From the NCBI GenBank assembly GCA_002104945.1, contig MCFH01000024.1, positions 186,001 to 250,000 of the forward strand: a DNA stretch of 64,000 nucleotides, written 5' to 3'. Positions 36,842 through 53,207 of the stretch are shown in pieces (positions within the stretch are counted from its first letter, which is position 1; every line of letters starts with the position of its first letter). A model generated the notes under the pieces. It did no database searches. It was not told the origin of the DNA and was given only the letters and a program-made list of their open reading frames with translations. The DNA is from Piromyces finnis finn. Lineage: Eukaryota > Fungi > Neocallimastigomycota. Position numbers and translations under genes: made by a program.

Positions 36842-37863
36842 ATTTGCAATGATGAAAACCATAAATATATGATAAGGATGGAAAATAAATTTGAAGATGA
36901 TTATTTAACAAAAATTTTACAATAATTAAAAAGGAATAATGAAAGGATAAAGGTAAAAAGAAGGAAAATGAATATTACTTTTTAAATAATATTATTCTGC
37001 CTTTCATACATAAATTATAATTTTTATAGTTTTTATGGTTTTAATGATATTAAATTAATATATTGAACAATTTACTTTGATATATTCTATAATTTATTAA
37101 TTTATGTCTATTATTTAATATTTCCACATGTAAATTTTAATATTGAAAATATCCACATTTAAATAATTTCAAATTGAAAATGTTACACACCTTGCGTACT
37201 ATTAAAATTATAGTGGAAGGAAGGATGCGTGAAAATAAAAAGAAAAAGGTATTCAAAAGTACTCAAAAGAAAATAAATCAATTAAAAATTAATTATTTAA
37301 AAATATAATTGTTGAGTAAAATTAATAATATTAATAATTATAGAATGATAGATATATATACATTATGAGGATAAAAAAAGAAATGCTAATAATAGAGTAT
37401 GATGTTATAATAATGCATTTATCTGTTACAATTTAATACAATAGAATAATAGAAATATATTACATTCTATTACATAATTAATATAAAGTCCCTAGTTTTT
37501 TTAGATGTTAAAAAGAAAGATTTTTTATTGTATTCATTTATTTTTTTATTTTTAGTAAGTCTTTTTATATATATATAAAAACAATTTAAAATGAGCCAAT
37601 ATTATCTTTAAATATATTATTTTTATTTTTATGTTTCAATCATCCAATTCCTTCCCTTTTTTTCCACTATATTATTTAATTAATGTATCTCTTCTTAACA
37701 ACAATATTAATTATTAAATGAAACTAAATTCAATATATATTTGAAAATAAAAAAAAACTAATTTCATATGATATTTACAATTACTAAACTTATGAATAAG
37801 TATTAACAGATCAGATTCAGTTATTAAAATTCAGTTTTATTTCAAGTGTATTTTATAATTATT

Positions 37864-38005
37864 GTTTTTTTTTTTAAACATTATTAATTAATTATTCCTT
37901 TTTTCTAATATTAAGATAAACTTTTTTTACTCAAGTTTTTTTTTTTAAACATTATTAATTAATTATTCCTTTTTTCTAATATTAAGATAAACTTTTTTTA
38001 CTCAA
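37864..38005. repeat. Tandem duplication, 71-bp unit x2
   Basis: gttttttttttttaaacattattaattaattattcc...ctcaa restarts at 37864 and 37935. Confidence 0.85.
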
Positions 38006-38050
38006 AAGAGTAGCATTTAATTCATTAATACTCTTTCTTATTTCTATATT

Positions 38051-38330
38051 AAGATCATTCCATACATACACACCATTATTCTCATCATCATTATCTGTAA
38101 CATGACTTTTAAATTTTTTTTATAAAGAATAATATTTAAAGTTTTACCTAAAAAAGAATAACCGCCGTTTACTTTTCATATTTTTCAAGATCATTCCATA
38201 CATACACACCATCGACCTATTATTCTCATCATCATTATCTGTAACATGACTTTTAAATTTTTTTTATAAAGAATAATATTTAAAGTTTTACCTAAAAAAG
38301 AATAACCGCCGTTTACTTTTCATATTTTTC
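38051..38330. repeat. Tandem duplication, ~136-144-bp unit x2
   Basis: aagatcattccatacatacacacc...aaccgccgtttacttttcatatttttc starts at 38051 and 38187; the second copy carries a short insertion. Confidence 0.9.
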
Positions 38331-39242
38331 ATGTTTTATATTTAATAACATTAATAAAAGTAGCAAATACGCCTAATGAAACTATTGCTTTTTATCTTTG
38401 TTCTTTGGCTGCTGTCACTTCAAAGTCTTTTTTTTTAATAAAAAATTAAATTCTATTTAATTATTGGATTTCATTATTTAAATCATGACATATATTAATT
38501 AAATTAACTAAATATTATTTTAATATATTAGTTATTAATAAACTTTATTAAATAGAAAAAAGATGGTAGGATCATTTTTTCATTCATTCCTTCATTATAA
38601 ATTAAATAATAAGTGTCACATATATTAACTATAGTATTAATTTAATATAATAAATGAAAGATTCAATTAAATTTCTATTAGTATCATATATTCAATTGAA
38701 TTGTTAAAGGTCTATTGAAATGAATAAAGTATCCAATGATATGTTGAATTTTATTATAATATACCATAGATTAAAGTTAATTTATAATATATGGTGAATA
38801 TATATAAATATATTAAATTTTTAATGAATTAATAAAGCATCATAATATAAAAATTGTAATAAAAAACATAAAGAAATAACGAAATAATTTATAATTTATT
38901 TTCTAATCTTTTTTAATATATGAATATTAAATTTGTTTTATATTGAATAATTAAATGAAAATTAATTAAAAAAAAATAAAAATAAATTCATATATAAATA
39001 AAGAAAAAATAGTTTATTTTTTAAAAAAAAAATTTTTTTATAAAGGAAAAAAAAAGATATTTAGGTGAAATTTTTGCTTGTATAAAGAAAAAGAAACCAC
39101 AAACAACAAACCATCGAAATATTAAAATAATAGGGAAATACAATTAATATTTGAATCAATAAATTTTGAAATTATTTAATCTGTAATAGTAGTATATAAT
39201 AATAATAAAACTCTCTGACTGTTAAAAAAAAAAAAAAAGAAA

Positions 39243-40285
39243 ATGCAACAATCACTTGGAAGTAGATTAGAGATTTTAAAAAAAGGATACTTGGTTTATA
39301 AAAAAAGTCATAAAGTTTATGTTATGTTATGTGCTCCAGTATCCATTGCTGATGTAGCTACTGTTTATCACAGTTTATTCCCAGGAAAAGGTAAATATTT
39401 TTTTTAGAATTATAATACATTAATAATTTAGTATTTCAATTCATAATAAAATAAAAAAAATGTCTTGCTTTTATAATATGAAAATATATTTTATAATATT
39501 ATAATTGTAAATACATAATGTACTAATGTAATATTATATATTTTAAACCTTTAAAAAGAGGGTATACAAAACAGAGCTTCCATTTTAGGTAACATTGCCT
39601 ATGCTGCTATGGAAGGTATGTAAATTTAATGGATAAAAATTATATAAACTATTTAATAACTTTTATTTAAAAAAAAAAAAGCAAACATATTAATAATTTT
39701 ATATAATTAATTTATATCTATTATGTATAAATAGAAACCCCAGTTATGATTTTATTACAATCAGAAAAGAATGTTACCAGACCAAATTTCGTTCATTTTA
39801 TTGATGTTCTTTCTGTTGAAGATGAAGTTGATATAGGTGCTGCTTGTAGTATTAGAATTAATACTAAAGATCATGTTTTATACTTCTCTGCTCAAACTAG
39901 TACCGAATATCAAGGTTGGATAAATGCTTTCCAAGAAGCATATCGTCAAGCTCACAGTAATAATGATGGAACATCTGAAGATAATGAAGAAAGTAACAAT
40001 AATAATGTAGAATTTGATATTCCAGCCGAAATAACTAATAATACAACTAGTAGAGGTCTTTCACAAAGTTTCCCACGTAACTCTACATTCTCTTCAAGTT
40101 CATCCATGGGTAATAATCGTTTAAGTATATTTTCAGATATTTCTTCTACTCCATCGGAAGTTCATCGTAATGGATCAAAGAAAACTTCAGAACCATTATT
40201 CAGTAGAATATTTAGTGCTTGTAAAAACCCAGATCCAGATGAGATGTACAGAAGAAAAAATAGTAAGAGCCAAGAATCTATCTAA
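39243..40285 (+). CDS. PH-domain-containing protein, 3 exons
   Basis: MQQSLGSRLEILKKGYLVYKKSHKVYVMLC... spliced to ORF 39746..40285 with 'FSIRINTKDHVLYFSAQTSTEYQGWINAF'-type PH C-terminal strand/helix, then a Ser-rich tail. Confidence 0.72.
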
Positions 40286-42873
40286 AAAATTTATTTTATC
40301 TCAAAAAATCCCCAAAACAAAACTAAAATAAATATTTAGGGGAAAATATATAATAGAATTTATATATTATTTTTTTACTTTTTTTTTTTTTTATCAATTA
40401 ATTTAAGACTTTTTACCTTTTCATAATGAATTAAGAAAGAAAGGGAAAAAAAAAAAAACACCTTTTATACAATTTTGTAATGCAAAAAAAAAAAAAATTT
40501 TTTTAATAGACAATATATATATTGATAAGCAAACTCCATACAATAATATTATAATTATATATTTTTCCCAAAGACATTAAAAATTCAATCATTATTATTA
40601 TTATTATAAACTACTACTTTTTTTCTAAAAAAAAAAAAAATTATGCAAACCTCTCTAATTTAATTTAATTTTTACTTAACAGGATAATAAAAAAAAAAGA
40701 AAAAGAAATTATATTTTCTTTGATATATTTATCATTTTTTTTTTTACCTTTTTTAATATAATCCTTTTATCTTTTTTAATTTTTGACAAACTTTTTATAA
40801 AAGTAAATAAAAATTGAAATAAAATAATAAAAAAAAGTGCACTTTTAAATTTATTAATTAGTTTCTTTTATTTTGGTGGTTGGTTTCAAAGTCATGACAA
40901 AAGTGGAAAAAATAAAAAAGATACACAAAATTTAATTAAAATAAAATTTTAAAAACTTTTTTTTTTTTTTTTTAAACTTTAATTCTAAAAAAAAATATAA
41001 AGGTAATTCATTCCTTTTTATTCCTTTTAGGGAAAAGAATGATAAAGGCATTGATACTTTTTTTTTTTTTTTTTACATTAATATTCTTTACTATATAAAA
41101 TAAAAAGTAGGTCATTATTTCTCTAATACACATAACCATACTTTTTTTTTTTTTTTGTCAAGTGTATATATTATAATGAAATATAAAAATCTGTCCTTTA
41201 AAAAAAAATATGCCATGAAAATTTTATTGAAGTAACAAGTTTATAATAATAGATATATAATAATATAATATTAGTTAATTCTTTTTAATTATCCATATTT
41301 GAATTTGTTAAAATAATTAGATGAATAAACACAAGATGTGTGTGTGTATGTATCCGCTGCTGTATGTATCATCATAATAATTACATTTATTAAACTAATA
41401 TAATATTAATACAGGTAATGTGTTAAAAAGTAATTAAAAGATCATAAGATTTTTATAATTAAATTATTTTATGATACCATGATTCAACAGGATACACTTT
41501 TTTTTTAAAAAAAAAAATTATATTTATTAAAAGGAATGAAATATAAAAAAAAATAAAATAAAAATAATTTTTTAATACATATAATAAAAGGGTATATTCT
41601 TTAATAATTATTATATTCCTTTTATTTTTTTTTTTTAAAAAAAAGTGTCCTTTATATACACCAGAATATTTAGGGAGTATTTTGATATTTTGGTAGGATA
41701 AAGCAGGGTATTTTTAGTTTTATTTAATTAATTAAAAGACTAAATAATTATTGGTTCATAAAGAATTATTAAAAATTTAATTTAAATAAATTTATTTAAT
41801 TATAATAAATAATAATAAAAATATTTATTAATAATATTTATAATTAAATAGAATATTTATTATTTAAACTATTTAGTTTTTTTTTTTTTTAAAAAAAATA
41901 ATTTTTTTAAATTTTAAAATTATAAATAAATAGTATAAATAAATGAATATAAAATATTTGATAATAAAAATTTGATAATAATAAAAAAAAATATCGAAAA
42001 AAAAACCTTTTTTTTTTTTATAAAATTTTATAATACAAAAGAAGTAAAAAAAAAAAAAAAAAAGGCATTTTTATTCATCTTTACCTTTATAAAGAAAGAA
42101 TATATTGATATTATATAACATTATATTATATTGTAATTGTAAAAATTGATTCTAGATAAGAAATATTCATTGGTGATGAATAATAAATTTTGTTTTCCGT
42201 AAGATAAATAATTGTTTGATAGATAATTGATAGATAAATAAATATTATTACATTTTCATTTTCCTTCTTTCCCTTTTTTTCTCATTTCATTTTTATCAAG
42301 TGGTTCTCTTTAATTAAAAGAAAAAAAAAATAATTATTAAAGGTAGGTGTTATTATCAAGTATAAGTGGACATATACAAAAAATATATTTTTATTATAAA
42401 AATAGGTTTATTATTGTATTTAAAAAAAAAAAAACTTTTTTTTTTAAAAAGACGAATACTTTTTTTTTTTTCAATTTATGACCCTTCTTTATCTACACTT
42501 CTTTTTTTGTTCATATATTTATTAAATGTTTTTTTTTATGTAAATAAGAAAGTTTTATTTATATGAAAACTAAAAAAAGGAAATAATAATAGTAAAAAAA
42601 AAGTTTTATGTCAAATTTGAAATTAAGCTTTAAAAAAAAAACTTTTATTTTATGTAATATATGCTAAAATTACAAATAATAAAAGTTATATACTACAAAA
42701 ATAATAACTTTTTTTTTTTTTTAATTTATATTTTAACAGGATTCTTTATTTTTTTTTTTTCTGTAACAATAAGAATATATATATATATCAATATTTAATG
42801 CTTAATTTATTACGAAAACTATAACAACCCGTTTCATATTTTAAATAATATTCAAACTAAAAAAAAAAAAAAA

Positions 42874-45834
<2,961 letters not shown>

Positions 45835-46967
45835 AAAGTCAAAGGTACAAAAAAAATTTTTTTTATAAAAACCTTATGGATAAATCATCCCATTAACAAA
45901 AAATAAATAATGAATAAATAGAAAATAGATATTATCTATCCTTACAACTAATTCTATATCATGCCATACCATGTCAAAAAAAAAAAAAAATTAAATAAAT
46001 AAATAAAAATAGCATTATAACATAAAAACAATAAAAAAAAAAAAAAAAAAAAACGACAACAAACCAGAAAGAGCCTAAAACAAAGAAAAAAAAATGAATC
46101 TATTATACTCTCTTTCTATAAATATAAATTCTCTTTTTTTTTTTTTTTTTTTAATTATTAATTTTTTTCAATATTTATTTAAAATAATGTAACCTATAAA
46201 TATTATAACTATTGTAATTTTAAATATGAATGAATCTATCCCACCAAACAAATACTCTACAGAAATTTAGAAAATAATCAATAAAAAAAATATTATTTTA
46301 TAAAAAAAAAAAAAGGTATATAATAATTATTATGTACTAGAATAAAAGTATTACTATTATTATCATTGATATTATTATTAAAGAGGGAAAAAAAAAAAAA
46401 AAGTTTTATTATATGATAATATAGGAATAAACATGTATTTTTTTTTTTATTTTTTTTTATTTGTAAAAAGAAAAAGTTTTATTTTTTTAATTTTAAATTC
46501 CTGTTAAGCTTTAAAATATATTATTTTTAAACTAATAAAAGAAATATATATTTTTTTTATTTTTATTTTAACCTATCATAAAAGAAAAAAAAGTTTTTGA
46601 ACTTTTATTGTCAAAGAATGTTTTTGTTTAATATCATTTGTAGGATATTAAAAGAATATAATAGATGCCTTGATAGATTAATAAAAAAAATAGTGATAAT
46701 GTAGTGTGTAGGATATAATTCATATTTGTTTAAAACTTGGACGTAATACCTGTTCAATCTATTTTTAGAATATTTAGTATTTTTTTTTTTTTTAAACTTA
46801 TATTTTAGTTTATGATGTTTCACTGTAGACTTGAAAATATTTAAAATTTATATAAATAAAATATATCATATGTATATATATCTTTTTTTTTTTTTTTTAA
46901 TTATAATAGAGTATACAAATTCAATATTATTTATAAATAAATATTATTTTTTTTTTCATCAAATCTG

Positions 46968-47052
46968 TTTTATCAATAGAATCTAAATGTTAAACATGGT
47001 GGTGATGTTGTTACCATTTTAAAGAATTTAATTTATTAAATTCTTGAAAAGT
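46968..47052 (+). pseudogene. Degraded duplicate of the ATG18 last-exon 3' end
   Basis: ttttatcaatagaatctaaatgttaaacatggtggtgatgtt...aaagaatttaatttattaaattcttgaaaagt resembles 45757-45839 ttttatcaatatgatttaaatgttgaacaaggaggtgaatgtt...aaagaatttaatttattaaactcttgaaaagt. Confidence 0.8.
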
Positions 47053-47738
47053 TAAGTAAAAAAAAAAAATAAGCTTTTTTTTTATAGATATTTAAAATTT
47101 AACACACGAAGTTGTTAAAAAAAAAAATAAGCTTTTTTTTTTTGTCAATTTTTTTTTTACTTTTTCTTAAAAACTTTAATTTTTTTTTTTTTAAAAAAAT
47201 AACAATAGATAATATTTAATACTATTTAATAGTAAAAAAAAAAAGTTTATATATTTAAATATACTAATTTTACATGATTATATTTATTTTAATGGATAGA
47301 ATACCAATAATGAATTTGTTACATGACTCTTTTTTCTAACAATAAATAAACAATATTTTAATAAAACTATACATATCAAATTTCTCATACTATCCATTGT
47401 ATGAATTTTTTTTTTATTCTCTATCTTTTATACACTTGACAACACACCACACAAGATACCTGTTATAAATGGGTTAGGAATTTAATATGCTATTATAGTG
47501 CTAGTCTTTTGTGAAAATCATAAAGATGATAGGATTAAAAATAATTCAATAGCAAGTATTAAATTGTATTTATTATTTGAATACATAAAATAGGTTATTT
47601 AATACTATGACTAATATTTTTTTTTTTTTTAATTATTATCCTATTCAAAATACACAGTTCACAACAAATCAATTAAAAAAGTAGTGTTGATGCTTTTAAT
47701 GTAATATACCTAGATTCCTTTTTTTTTTTTTTTTTTTC

Positions 47739-47797
47739 AATAGAATGGCAGTTATTCTGGTATTTTGATTCATCCATAGAATAACTGCCATTTTATT
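47739..47797. repeat. 20-bp inverted repeat (1 mismatch) with 19-nt loop
   Basis: aatagaatggcagttattct / agaataactgccattttatt. Confidence 0.85.
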
Positions 47798-49169
47798 AAA
47801 ATTTTTAATTTTTTAAATAGACCCCATTGAAGCTAAATGGTTGTATAAAAATTTATAAATTATCGTTTTATTATATAAAATAATAGTCAATAATAATAAT
47901 GGCAATGTCAATTCTTATTATGGTTTCAATGGTTTCAATGGTTCCAAAGGTTGTTTGTTGTTTGTTGCCTGTTTCAGTTTTATTTTTTTTTTTCAATCTA
48001 TTAAAAAAAAAAATTTAAAGTTTTAAATTAATTAAAAAGTTTCAATTTAAAGATAAATTTTTTGATAATTTTATTTTTTTTAAAAAAAGTTAAAAAGTAA
48101 AGAAAAAAAAAAAAAAACTTTATAATTGAAAGTATTAAAAAAAAAAAAAAATATGTCATTATGGTGGATGCTTTTTAATTTCTTTTTATTGAAAAAAAAA
48201 AAAAAAGATTTTTCAATGATTGAATGAAATGTTATTTCAACATTTGTTCTTGTCCATATCAAAAACAAAATCAAATTATCATTCTAAAATAGGAATAATA
48301 ATAATAACAATAGTAATCAATAGCTATGACTACTACAAAGTCCCCCCCTTTTTTTTTTTTATAGTATATAATGTTAATAATGTATTATGGTATATATACC
48401 AATTCAATACTTTTATAATTCTATATATATCAATTATATAATATTATATTCATTATATTCATTATATTCATACCAATTTCTATAATTTTTTATATATACT
48501 AATAATACTATAATTTTATATATTCCAATGCTATAGATTAATTCTATAATAAATAATAAACATAATAATAAATAAATAATAATAATAATTGACATTTAAT
48601 TAATATTTTAATGGGTATAGACGAATATGGAATTATGATAAAAATAAATATTTAAAAAACTTTAAATAATATTTAAATGTAATGTAGATAAATGTAGTAA
48701 GGTTTATAAATATCAACCATTTAATATTATTATTTAAAAAGCAAATGATCTTTTTTCTTTATTTATTTACTTTCTATTTTTATCAAAAGTTGTTTATAAC
48801 AATTGACAACAAATGACACTTTGCATATGCATTCTACATGGTATACACGCATGTATTATACACCAAAAAATAAAAACAATCCTTTCTAGAAAAAAAAAAA
48901 AGTTTAATTAAAAAAGTTTAATTTATATAAAAATAAATTAAAAAAAAAAAAAAAGATTTAATTTTTAATTTTATAAAATTGAATATAAAATAGATAAAAA
49001 AAGGCCTTTTTTTTTACTTTTTTATCTATTCAATTTTTTTTTATTTTTCAAGAAAAAAGTAAAGAGGTTATTATTAATTGTTTTTTCTTTTTTAAAAAAA
49101 ACTATATAAATAAAAAAAAAAAATACCATTTTATTTAAAATTATCCAACAAATAAACAAACTAGAAAAA

Positions 49170-49898
49170 ATGAAGTTTTTATATTTTGGACTTTTATTCC
49201 TTGCTGCTAAGAATGTTTTTGCTCAAGATGATTTATCATCTGTTATGAACGGTTTAAGTGGTTATAGTGAAGAATGTACAAAGGAATTAGAAGGATATGA
49301 AGGATGTCTTGATCTTGAAAACCTTAGTATTGTTGAAAATTTAGATAAACCTGAATCCATTAAAAAATTCTGTTCTGAATTTGAATCTGATAAATGTTCC
49401 AAATACGTCAAGGATATCACCAAAACTGACTCTGTCTGTTTAAAAAAAGATAATGAAAACTTTATGGATATGATGGCTGGTTTAATTAACTATTCTCTAA
49501 AGGTAACTTATTTAGCCTACTGTGCTAAAGGTAGTGATGGAAAGCTTTGTCCATACTCTCAATATATTACCGATAATATTAAAACTATTGATTCTAATAA
49601 GAGCGATACAACTGAAATGACTGAAGAAGAAAAGAAAATTTTAAATGAAACTTGTAAAAATACTAAATGTATTGAAAATTTAGAAAGTATTAATAATATT
49701 GTTAAGGCTCTTAATGAAATGTCTAACGCCAATGATAATGTAAATACTTCTATAGATACTAACAAATTCAATTTATATTCTGATTTCAAATGTGAAAATG
49801 TTAATTCTTCAGATAATTCCTCAAGCGCTACTACTCTTTTGAAATTTACTTTCTCATGTGTTGCTTTAATGATCGCTTCTGCTTTCATGTTACTCTAA
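49170..49898 (+). CDS. Secreted Cys-rich, probably GPI-anchored cell-surface protein
   Basis: Intronless 242 aa with an N-terminal signal peptide, ~9 spaced Cys, Ser-rich omega-like region 'SSDNSSSA' and a hydrophobic C-terminus. Confidence 0.75.
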   Translation: MKFLYFGLLFLAAKNVFAQDDLSSVMNGLSGYSEECTKELEGYEGCLDLENLSIVENLDKPESIKKFCSEFESDKCSKYVKDITKTDSVCLKKDNENFMDMMAGLINYSLKVTYLAYCAKGSDGKLCPYSQYITDNIKTIDSNKSDTTEMTEEEKKILNETCKNTKCIENLESINNIVKALNEMSNANDNVNTSIDTNKFNLYSDFKCENVNSSDNSSSATTLLKFTFSCVALMIASAFMLL

Positions 49899-51267
49899 AT
49901 TATTTTTTCTTAATTACTATTTTTATTTATTTTATTACACATGCATACATACACACCATTTATATTGTAAATATATTTATATAGATAAAGGTGTAAATAA
50001 AATATATTATACTTTTTTTTTTTTTTTTAAAAAAAAAATGTAAACTTGAAAATTTTAGTATGTTGTCATTTTAATAACAACAACATCAAAAAAAAAAAAA
50101 GTAAATAAATGAAAAAAATTGTTTTTAAAATTTACTACTTTATAATATTCCTTTTTTTTTTTTTTATTAATATTTAGAAAATATAGAATTTAAGTGGTAT
50201 TTTTTTTTAGTTTATCTTTCTTTTTAATTTATTATGTTTAGTTTATAGGGAATGGGGAGAGTAAAAAAAATTATAAAATGTGTCTATTTTAAAATATTTA
50301 TATAAATAAGGAGATTATATATATAGATATCTTTTTTTTTTTTTTTTTGGAATAGAAAAAAATATGGGGTATATAGATTCTTTATTATTTATTTATAAAT
50401 AATAAATGTACTTTCTCTCAAAAGGAATAAACATTATTTTATAAGAAGGAATTATTATATGATTTAAATTTAATAATATACCTATAGCCATATTGTATTA
50501 TATTTGAATTTGTTCCAGGTCCTCTTTTCAAAATATTATTATTAAAATAATAATAATAATAAATAAACAAATGTCATTGAATTGCATCTAAGAAGATTCT
50601 TTTTTTTTTTTTTTAACTATCACAACAACAACAACAATAATAACATAGAATAATAAGAATAATCAAACATATCTATTATTACTTTTTATTATTATTAAAG
50701 ATTAGTTTAATTAAATAAGAATATAATATATTTATATTTCCATTCTACTATTTATTATTTGACATTTAATATATGATGCTATATAAATGTTCTAATCTTC
50801 AAATTTTTAATTATATATAAATGTAGTAATAATACTATTTTTTTTTTTTTTTTTCTTTAAAAAAAAATAAAAAAGAAAACCAAAAATATATATATATATA
50901 TATAAAAAAAAAAGAGAGTAAATTATACCTTTTTTTTTTTTTATTAATATAATACAAAAAATAATAATAACCACACAAACAATAATAATAAAAAAAATTA
51001 AAGTAAGTTGAAATGTTGAAAGAAAATTAGTATTATGATAATAAAAAAAGTAGTATAAACATAAATAGTAACAAATATAAAAAATGAATAATTAAAAAAA
51101 AAAAAAGCAACATAAATATATTACATTAAAAGGATAAAAAAAAACGTTTTTTTTTTTATTTTAAATAAAAACAATTTTATTTTAATTCAAAAAAAATTAA
51201 TTTTATATATTATATATTGTTTTTTTTTAAATAGGTTTTTTTTATTAAATAATTCATATTAAAAAAA

Positions 51268-52194
51268 ATGTTTGATATGTATGATAGTGATTCTGGAGGT
51301 AGTGACTGTAGTTACTCAAGTCCAGGAAGTGTTAGTAATGCTAGTAGCATAAGTCGTAGTAATAGTAGCTGTAGCAGTCGTAGTAACAGTAGTAACAGTA
51401 GTAGAAGCAGCAGTAGTAGCAGTAGTAGTAGTAGTAGTAGCAGCAGCAGCAGTAGTGGTAGCGGTAGTTCTTGCTCAGCCCATTATAGTAGTGGATTTGG
51501 TCATGGTTTTGGTCATCACAGTCATCATCATGGTGGAGGTTTTGGTAAGAAACTTTTAGCTGGTGGTGGTATAGCTGCAGCTGCCATTTATGCTAAGAAA
51601 AAGTTTGGAAAAAAGGATAAAAAAGATAAAAAGGATAAAAAAGATAAAAAGAATAAGGAAGAATCAAACGAAGAAAATAAACAACAACAACAACAACAAC
51701 AACATCCATATGGTCAGCAATTATACGGTCAACAACCATATGGCCAACAACCATATGGACAACAACCTTATGGACAACAACCATATGGACAACAACCTTA
51801 TGGACAACAACCATATGGACAACAACCTTACGGCCAACAACCATATGGACAACAGCCATACGGTCAACAACCATATGGACAATATGGACAACAACCATAC
51901 GGTCCAAGAGATACTTCCAAGCCTGAAGAAGAAAAAAAGGATGAAAATAAGAATGAACCCTACCCACCTGCTTCTCCATATGGTCAACCACCACAACCTT
52001 ACGGCTATGGACAACCACAACCACCCTATGGACAACCACCCTATGGACAACCACCACAACCTTATGGTTACGGACAACCACCTTATGGACAACCACCACA
52101 ACCATATGGTTATGGACAACCACCTTATGGACAACCACCACAACCTTATGGCTATGGTCAACCACAACCACCATATAGTGAACATAAAGAATAA
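51268..52194 (+). CDS. Low-complexity protein: Ser-rich, Gly/His, KKD repeats, (GQQPY)n and (GQPPQPYGY)n repeats
   Basis: Intronless 308-aa ORF with synonymous-site variation between repeat units (cca/cct, tat/tac, gga/ggt/ggc), which indicates protein-level conservation. Confidence 0.75.
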   Translation: MFDMYDSDSGGSDCSYSSPGSVSNASSISRSNSSCSSRSNSSNSSRSSSSSSSSSSSSSSSSSGSGSSCSAHYSSGFGHGFGHHSHHHGGGFGKKLLAGGGIAAAAIYAKKKFGKKDKKDKKDKKDKKNKEESNEENKQQQQQQQHPYGQQLYGQQPYGQQPYGQQPYGQQPYGQQPYGQQPYGQQPYGQQPYGQQPYGQQPYGQYGQQPYGPRDTSKPEEEKKDENKNEPYPPASPYGQPPQPYGYGQPQPPYGQPPYGQPPQPYGYGQPPYGQPPQPYGYGQPPYGQPPQPYGYGQPQPPYSEHKE

Positions 52195-52675
52195 AAGTAA
52201 AAAAAAAATACAATTTTTTTTTATAATTAACTAAAGTCATTTTCCTTAACACTATTTTTTTTTTTTAAATCCAATCTATGAAATTAGTAAAAACAAAAAA
52301 CAAAAAAAAAAAAAAAGCGTTAAAACATCATTAAAGGATATAAATAATTATTTATTCTATTTATATATTATTAAAAAAAAAATATATATATATATATCTT
52401 ATCGACTTCAATGATTAATATTTTCTATCATCTATCAAACTAACATTATACTTTTATTTTTTTCCTTTAAAAAAAAGTATAAAAAATTTCATATATATTA
52501 ATATCTATTATCAATTTTTTTTTAATTCCATTATTAATCTAATTCAATTCAATAATAAAAAATTATTTTTTTTTTTAAACTTTTGAATTGTAGAGTTGTA
52601 TATCCTATATGAAATAAATTGTTATAATAATGGAATAAAGAAGAGGGATAAAAAAAAAAAAACAATAATAATAAT

Positions 52676-52709
<34 letters not shown>

Positions 52710-52903
52710 TTCAACTCTATTTTAATTACAAAAAAAAGAAATTAATAAAATAATAAAAATAAAATAAAATAAAATAAAATTAAATAAAAAAGTTTTGAAA
52801 TAAAGAATTCTTTTTATTATTATTAATATATATGTATCTACTACTGCATATTTTATCAAAATAATTGGATAACTTTAAAAATAATATAAAACCATCAATA
52901 CTA

Positions 52904-52951
<48 letters not shown>

Positions 52952-53207
52952 TTTAATATATGTTTAAGAAATAAAAGGATTATTATTATTCTTAACCTTT
53001 ATTATTATTTATATTCTTTGGAGGATTACACTATTTTTTTTTTTATATAATTTATAGATATCTTAGAGATGAATAACATCATTAATTTTTATTTTTATAT
53101 ATAATTTATGATTTGTTGGTTGGTTGGTTGGTCGGTCGGTCGGTCGATTGATTGTTGGTATTTCTTATCTGTCTATTAAGTTATCCTTTTCTTTCTCTAT
53201 GAATGAA

